Assembly (NCBI GenBank): GCA_951406725.2
Contig: OX597814.1
Coordinates: 124,062,001 to 124,126,000, forward strand
Reading direction: 5' to 3'
DNA length: 64,000 nt
Origin: Octopus vulgaris
Lineage: Eukaryota
A program made the translations under genes and the position numbers. Below, in pieces: positions 55,908 to 64,000 of this stretch. The notes under the pieces were generated by a model. The model was given only the letters and a program-made list of their open reading frames with translations, did no database searches and was not told where the DNA came from. Each line of letters starts with the position of its first letter. Position 1 is the stretch's first letter.

Positions 55908-56975
55908 ACTGACAAATACTGACAGAAAGTGGCGAGCTGGCAGAAACGTTAGCATACTGGGCGAAATGCTTAGTGGTATTTCATCTACCATTACATTCTG
56001 AGTTCAAATTCTGCTGAGGTTGGCTTTCCATTTCATCCTTTTGGGGTCGATAAATTAAGAACCAGTTATGCACTGGGGTCGATGTAATCGACTTAATCTC
56101 CTTGTCTGTCCTTGCTTGTCTCCTCTATGTTTAGCCCCTTGTGGGCAGTAAAGAAATAAGAAGTAATTATTGACAAATAAGGCTTTTCTCTTTTCATAAT
56201 ATATTTGGAGTTAAGTTTTCTCAGCCACTTACATTAAATATGTTAACTGGATTCTGTCAGTTATGACGACGAGGGTTCAAGTTGATCCGATCAATGGGAC
56301 AACTAGTTCCAGAAATTAACATGGAAGTGGCTGACCATTCCACAGACACATGAACCCCTCATGTAGTTCTCAGGGAAATTCAGTATAATGCAATGTGACA
56401 AGGTTGGCCCTTTGCAATGTGACAAGGTACGGCCCATTTTTTGTCAGTTGAGTGAGCTGGAGCAATATGAAATGAAGTATCTTGCTCAAGGACACAATGT
56501 GTTGCCAGGAATTGAACCCATGACCCTATGATCATGAGCCAAATACCCCAACCACTAAGCCAAGCACCTTCCTTAAATATATTATTAATGCCATGTACCA
56601 CATTAAATATAGTAACACCAACTTAACTGCTGTATCTTTACGCAGATGGCATCTCTGGATTCTGGAGATGTGTGTGTGTGTGTGAGTGCGTGTGTGAGTG
56701 TGCATGTGTGTGAGTGTATGTGTATGTGTGTGTGTGCATTTGTGTGAGTGCGTGTGTGTGTGAATGTGTGCGTGTGTGTATGAGTGCATGTGTGTGTGTG
56801 CGTGTGTGAGTGTGTGTGTGTGAGTGTGTGTGCGTGTGTGTGCATGTGTGTGTGTGTGTGAGTGCACGAGTCTGTGTGTGTTTGAGTGTATATGTATGAG
56901 TGTGTGCATGTGAGTGTGTGAGTGTGTGTGTTTGTGTGTGTGAGTGTGTGTGTGTGTGAGAGTGAGTGTGTAGTG

Positions 56976-57018
<43 letters not shown>

Positions 57019-58385
57019 TGAATTTAAAAAGAGCTCTGTTCCAGGTTGAGAGTCTTAATAACTGGATGATGTCAGAAGATGGCAGCTTAGGTCAGTTTAA
57101 AATTGAAGAGAGAATCTTAGTTAAATTATTGAAGAGATTTTTCTTCAGTCATCGTTATCATTACTGTCATCATTTCACTGTTGCCATTGTCATTGTTTTT
57201 ATTGTCTTCATCATCATCATCATCATCATCATTGTCATTGTCGTGATCTTTCTCTTTCTCCTCCATCATCACCATCATCAGCATCATTATCATTGTTGTC
57301 GTTGTCGTCATCATCATCATCACCATCGTCTTATGCCTGTCTTCCTTGCTGATACATATTGGGCGCAGGTTGTTACAGTCTGAGTCAGGTTCTTTCCAAA
57401 ATTACTGACCACCTCATTGAGTCAGAAGACCATGTCTCACTTAAACTTTCCGGTTAGCATGGCTTCAATGGCTGAACTTACCCTTCATCATCATCGTTTA
57501 ACGTCCACTTTCCATGCTAGCATGGGTTGGACGATTTGACTGAGGACTGGTAAACCAGATGGCTGCACCAGGCTCCAATCTGATATGGCAGAGTTTCTAC
57601 AGCTGAATGCTCTTCCTGATGCCAACCACTCCAAGAGTGTAGTGGGTGCTTTTATGTGCCACCGGCACGAGCACCAGTCAGGCGGTACCGGCAACAGCTG
57701 CACTCAAATGGTATTTTTACATGCTACCTGCACAGGAGCCAGTCCAGTGGCACTGACAACGACCTCGCTTGAATGTTTTTTCATGTGCCAGTAAGGTGAC
57801 GATGGTATCGATCATGCTTGAATGGTGCTTTTTACGCCCTTCCTAACACCAAACGTTTTTCAAAGTGTACTGGGTACATTTTATCGTGTTATCAGTACTA
57901 GAGAGATTGTCTGGCATGTCTTTGATAAAACTGGTCTCAAATTTTGGTGCAAGGCCAGCAACTTTCGGTGAGAGGGGTTAAATCAATTACATCAACCCAA
58001 GTGTTCAACTGGTACTTATTTTATCGATGCTGAAAGCACGGAAAGCAAAGTCAATCTCAGTAGCATTTGAACTCAGAACATAAAGACAGATGAAATGAAC
58101 ACCAAACATTTTGCCCAGCATGCTAATGGTTCTGCCAGTTTACTACTTTTGTCTTTGACAAAATTAAAATGTCTTCTCAATCATGTATCTTCTCTGTTTG
58201 TGTGCCTACCACTTTATAAAGTGTACCGAATGTATTTTATTATGGTGCAAACACTAGGGAGGTTACTTTGTCTCCTACAAGACCAGGAAGTCCTTGACAT
58301 AGCTAGGACCATATAAAAAAAGACTGATGCTTCTCTTCAGTTCTGGAAAATTCTTCACACCTCAACAATTATTAATACTCTATGA

Positions 58386-59344
58386 CAGTAGTGGGCAAAC
58401 TTTTCAGAATGAAGGCCATATCAGTGGGCCATGAAAGTCATAGGGCTGCACCTTTTAAAATCAGGCAGTAAGCTTTAAAATGATGCAACATATATAGAGC
58501 ATGGTTAATAAAAACAAATTCATAATTTAGCACAAGTAATTTAACCCTTTCGTTACTCATCTACTGCTAACGAATAACATGCAAAATCATTACTTGCATC
58601 CCTCAGCTGTTGAGTCATGCATCACACGACAGTCCTCGTCAATAATGAAATGTTTTTGAATTTACCTTTCATTTCCGGGCATACAACACTTGCACAATCC
58701 ATCATGCATTGTTTTATTAAATCGCCATCTGAGAATGGTTTGTCATGCCTTGAAACTCAGTATGCCACCATAAAACTTGCCTCCAACGCAATATCATAAA
58801 TTGATGATCGCTTCATAAATAGAGTTTGTTGCTTGTTCAATTTTGCAACATATTCCACAGCCTTTTCCTTCTGTTCTTCATCGGTCATGTTTCATCCAAA
58901 ATCTCCGTGTTTCATTAGTGTCATTTCAAATTGCATTCCTTTAACATGGCAATCATTTTCTGGCACAGTAAACACACCACTTTATTCTTAGAACTGGCGA
59001 AGAAATACTTGTGTATCCATTCTTCATTAAATGCATGGCACTCATCCTCAGTTTTACGTTTTTTAGGAAGCATTGGTTGTTGGGTTGGAGAGATTGTGTT
59101 GTTGTGCAGGCGACTATCAACAATAACTGCACATGTGCAATATATATATGCATTCGCAGAAAGTATGTAACCATCAGAAAATGGGGCATAGATTTCTATG
59201 ATGCTGAAAAAGTTAGCATCGGTTCAAGCAAAGACATGTTGACTTTCACAAAAATTTATTGATTTTATTTTTCCTAATTTGCTGCAGGCTTCTGTAGTTC
59301 ACGCAGAACCCTATAAAGGGCTGCATGCAGTTTGCCTATCCCTG
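58386..59344 (-). mobile_element. Internally deleted hAT transposon, SPIN/Charlie (GTF2IRD2-like) transposase N-terminus
   Basis: TIRs CAGTAGTGGGCAAAC / GTTTGCCTATCCCTG; TSD CTCTATGA/CACTATGA; minus strand KKRKTEDECHAFNEEWIHKYFF..VCLLC and ASFMVAY..KPFSDGDLIKQCM..VCPE. Confidence 0.9.
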
Positions 59345-59700
59345 CACTATGAAGAGCAAGTGAGGACCCATAATGAGAGTACAGCTGCTGCATACATAAG
59401 ACTGCATTCATTGGCTGCATTCAGAAAAAGGCTACTCATTTTGTTTGTATAAAGTCACTTACTGGCATGCTTCACCCTCTGGCTTACATACATGCTGCTT
59501 CCTCTCTCTGCTTTTTCTCCTATGGTTGGTCAGAGGATATAGAAGAGGACACTTGCCCAAGGTGCCATAGAGTAGAAGTCAGCAAATCATGATAGGGGAA
59601 TGGTAATGAGAGAAAACAAGGGAGAATGAAGGGTTGAAGATTAACTATAATTGAGTGATAGTTGAGAGAAGGAGTGATTGATGATGGTAGGAGAGAAAGT

Positions 59701-60060
59701 CCATCCCCTCCTTACCGTGGTGGGGATGCTGGCAACGGGTAGTGTCAGAGCTATGATGTCGGAAACTTCAGTTCCTGGTAGGGCCACCCAAGGCGGATTG
59801 GTCCGACACCGAGTGGTATTAGGGCCACAACCTCGGAGTGTCTGCTTCGGCAACCGGTGGCTCCTCGGTCGTTCTGTCCCTGTGTCTGCAGACAATCTGC
59901 AGCAAACAGGATGTCTCTACATGTGGGATTGTTGGGGACCGCTTGTGAAATTCATATTCCCACGAAACTTCTTCCACTGCCATGGTTTGAGATGCCTCGA
60001 GGGTGGTGGAAGAAGCCGACTCAACCCACGCAGGGTGAATGTCTCCACAAGTACTAGTAA
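59701..60060 (+). mobile_element. Complete 360-bp non-autonomous RTE-derived retroelement with a structured 5' head
   Basis: Perfect 14-bp TSD GTAGGAGAGAAAGT (59687-59700, 60061-60074); CCTTACCGTGG..GAGCTATG..AGGGCCACCCA resembles recalled RTE/BovB 5' leaders; AAGTA-like tail. Confidence 0.75.
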
Positions 60061-61667
60061 GTAGGAGAGAAAGTGGTGAGTTTGATGATGGGTGGTATAA
60101 TGGGGGGAGAGAGAGAGACAGACAGACAGAGGGATGAAGAGAGAGGGTGCATTGGCTCGTCAACTTTGATATATTAAAATAACATGGGATATATTTTAAG
60201 CTAAGTCTGCACTTGGAATGGAAGTAAAATGGTTAAAATAAATGGACTGACTTGTATTAGTTCTGAATTGAAATGACAACTCCTCTCAGACATTTATAGA
60301 TATTTACGATAGAATTATTTTGATAAAATAATTATGATATTTTTATCTAAATTAAGAAAAAAGATTGAAGACATTCAGACTTTGACTCACTTCCATAGAA
60401 TGGTATCTGTTCTATCATGCAAATAGACAACTATTCTATTATTAATGAGATCTGCAGACATGAAGTTTTTTTTTTACATATATATATATGTATGTATATT
60501 TATGAAAAAATAACAACAAGCAAAAAAATTTGCAAGACATTGTCTACACAATGTCAATTCCTTCACTGATTGGTTCAATAGTTATTGTTAACTTATTAAT
60601 AAGTAATATATCTGAACAAAACAATATCAGAGACATCAACGTCTTGCTGGTTTTCGTGGAGATTATTCAATTTCTTAGTATTGATTTACCAGAAGATCTG
60701 AGCATTAGTCATCAATGTTGTTTGAGGAGTTAATACTGTTAACATGAATGAATGCTACCCCCATTTTTTTGTTAATATTTACATACTGCTGCGTCTATAT
60801 TATCATTATATATTGTTTTTAAAGTGCTGTGGTGGGCAGAATTAGTGAGACAATGAATGGAATGCTGTCTGGTAATTAGTTATGATCGTTTATGTTCTGA
60901 GTTCAGATTATGTTTTGGTCAACCATACCATTAGTCTGCTGGTGTGGCTGGATATTTATTCAAGACCAGCATAACTAAGAGGGTAAATAGAATATGGGTG
61001 TGGATGTGAACTATTGAATGAATAGTTGGAGGAGAAGAAGTAATGGAGGAGAGATAATGATTGGCAGTAACATATTGCAGGAGGGATACAGAGGGAGAGA
61101 TTAAAAGAAAAGTAAAGGAAGTGTGGGAAGTGAATGATATGTCAGCAATGAGTAGTCTATGTCACTACAGTCTAGGGGTGAGAATGAATTAAATAGATAC
61201 CAATTGAATTAAATTCTTCTTCCCGTCCTCTTCAAAAAAAAGTGTTGTAGACAAAGCTGCAGTCCTTGTTTTTGTGACTAATTCATATGAAAACAAAAGT
61301 ACTATAATTGATTTAATCATCCGTACCTTACTACTCAAACTTCTCACCCCATAAGTTCTGGCATGGCGGTGTAGTAAGAAGCTTGCTTCCTAACCACAGG
61401 ATTTCAGGTTCATCCCACTATGTAGCTCCTAGGGCAAGTGTCTTCTATATCTCCAGGCAGACCAAAGATTTGGAAGATAGAAGCTGAAAGAAGCCCAACA
61501 CACTAGACGTAGGAGTGGCTATGTGGTAAGTAGCTTGCTTACGAACCACATAGTTCTGGGTTCAGTCTCACTGTGTGGCACCTTGGGCAAGTGTCTTCTA
61601 CTATAGCCTCGGGCCGACCAAAGCTTTGTGAGTGGATTTGGTAGACGGAAACTGAAAGAGGCCCATC

Positions 61668-61713
<46 letters not shown>

Positions 61714-64000
61714 TTGTCCCCCCAACATCTCTTGACAACCGATGCTGGTTTGTTTACATCCTTGTAACTTAGCAGTTCGGCAAAAGACACTGATAGAATA
61801 AGTACTAGGCTTACAAAGAATAATTCCTGGGGTTGATTTGCTTGACTAAAGGCGGTGCCCCAGCATGGCCACAGTCAAATAACTGAAACACGTAAAAGAG
61901 TAACAGAGTAAGAGTACACACACACATGCGCGTGCACATGCACACTCACATATACGTGTGCGCACAGTCGCATGAGCGTGTCTCTGTGTGTGTTTGTTAC
62001 AGTCCCTTTGTCTGTTGTAAATGAGTGTCACCACCATGCAAGCAGCGTCTTTATTTTCAGTCTTCTGTGAAAGCATGTCTGGCCATCGAGGAATATTATC
62101 TTACTTGAAAAAAATATGTAGGCGGTGACAGAGAGGGTATTTGCCTGTAGAAAATCCTCCTCAACAAATGCTGTCTGACCTATGTGAACAGGGGAAAATG
62201 GATATTAAAATAACAATGATAATGGTGACTACCATATGATAAATCTTTAAAATGTTTAGATAAAGGTTAGTAGCATATAGGTTAAAATGTTATGTGCCAT
62301 TGTATTTTCCTTCTGAATCCTGTTGTTTCATTTGTTCTTGTATCAGTAAAATAAAAACTGGTCTTGTATTGGTTGTGGCCTTTCAAGTTGTAACCTTGTT
62401 ATGTAACCATTAGTAATAAGCAAAGGCAAAAAATGGTACAAATGGAATATGGGAAATAAGAGACAGAGAGTTGGACAACGTGAGAAGTTACAATAGGCAG
62501 ACAAAACTTCAAAAGGAAGTGGACAAAATGCAAACGCGCTCGCACACACACACACACTCACATACACATACAGATATCTAACAATAAAATTTGTGGACAG
62601 TGAATTGTATGACGAAGAGACGAAAAGGAAAAGAAGGGGATTGATGCTTTTGGGTGAATCCTTTATCAGAGTGGAGTGATAAGCAAAATAAAAGAAATGG
62701 AAAAATGATATCTATATGTGTGTCTTTCTGTTTGTGTCTATCCTTCTGGTACATGCTGTAGAATGGTAGTAATCAAAGGCAGCAAGCTTATAGAAACATT
62801 TGCATGCAGGGCAAAATGTTTAGTGATATTTCGTCTTTGTTCTGAGTTCAAATTCCGCCGAGGTTGATTTTACCTTTCATCCTTTCAGAGTTGATAAATT
62901 AAATACCAGATAAATTAAATACTGGGGTTGATCTAATCGACTGGGCCCCTCCCGCAATATTTCAGGCCTTGTGCCTGGAGTAGAAAAGAATGGTAGTAAT
63001 CAATATCATGTTATGTCCCTTTAAATCTTGTTTATAAGTTTCACTAGGTTTGGCCTTGGTTTTTATCATTCCTGTGATATAGAGAGGTCAGTGCCATATA
63101 AAAAGCACTGGTAATGGTGCCATGTAAAACGTACCTAGTACATGCCAAAAAGCGGTTGGTGTTGGGAAGGGTATCCAGCTGTAGAAACCAAGTCAAAATG
63201 GGCAATGGAACAGACTGTGGCCTGTGGCCTTGCAAGCTCCTGTCAAACCATCCAACCCATGCCAGCATGGAAAATGGACATTTAATTATGATGATGATGA
63301 CAATGATGATAATGACTAATGTGCAGTTTTGTGCCATTCTGCTATATTAGAATGAAGAGGTAGCAGTAGAACTAGTTCTTTGGATTAAACACTTCATGAT
63401 ATTTATTTACAATCTCAAGTTCAGATCTAAGTTCAAATCACACCAAGGTTGACATTGCATTACATTTCTTTGTGGGCTGATTATATAAGTATCTGTCATT
63501 TTCTGGGGGATCTGTTTACTCAGCCTTTATCTTTAATTTATTTTCAGTCATTAGACTTAGGCCATGCTGGGGCACCGCCTTGGAGAATTTTTAGTTGAAT
63601 GAATTAATCCCAGTATTTAATTTTTAAACCTGGAACTTATTTGTTTGCTGAACTGCCAAGTTATAGGGACATAAACACACCAACACCGGTTGTCAAGCAG
63701 TGGTGGGGAACAAACAGAGACAGAAAAAACACACACATAGATATTCTTTTACTTATTTCAGTCATTTGACTGTGGCCATTCTGGATAACCACCTTTAGTC
63801 AAACAAATCGACCACAGGACTTATTCTTTGTAAGCCTAGTACTTATTCTATTCATCGCTTTTGCCGAACTGTAAAGTTATGGGGACATAAACACACCAAC
63901 ATTGGTTGTCAAGAGATGGTGGTGGTGGTGGTGGGGAAAACACAGACACTCAAACACACACACACACACATATATATGCGACAGGCTTCTTTCAGTTTCT

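Noticed and set aside
57045-57090. Exon candidate VESLNNWMMSEDGSL with ccag/gtcagt ends
   Set aside because: Short pyrimidine tract and no recognisable homology; cannot be supported without transcripts
60020-60065. 2A-like peptide LLTSTCGDIHP on the minus strand
   Set aside because: Lacks the essential NPGP and is antisense to the RTE-derived element

Overview
AT-rich animal genomic DNA dense in microsatellites and SINEs. The repeat families look like those of an octopus-type cephalopod (inference). Seven GT-AG exons on the + strand (6438-32942) join in phase to encode part of a Munc13-family MUN/MHD1 domain, most like UNC13D/BAIAP3. The rest is intronic or intergenic repeat: nested and inverted mariners, a maT-like Tc1/mariner, two Helitrons, hAT elements (one SPIN/Charlie-like), R4/NeSL-like and RTE LINE remnants, four SINE families and Penelope-like fragments. 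The most interesting signals are RNA structures: a well-formed hammerhead ribozyme motif (3556-3629, -), a U3-A8 variant minimal hammerhead inside a long foldback (7400-7697), and a complete 360-bp TSD-flanked RTE-derived element with a structured 5' head (59701-60060). Most ORFs in the supplied track are microsatellite or SINE read-throughs. All family assignments come from motifs recognised by eye; no searches were run.
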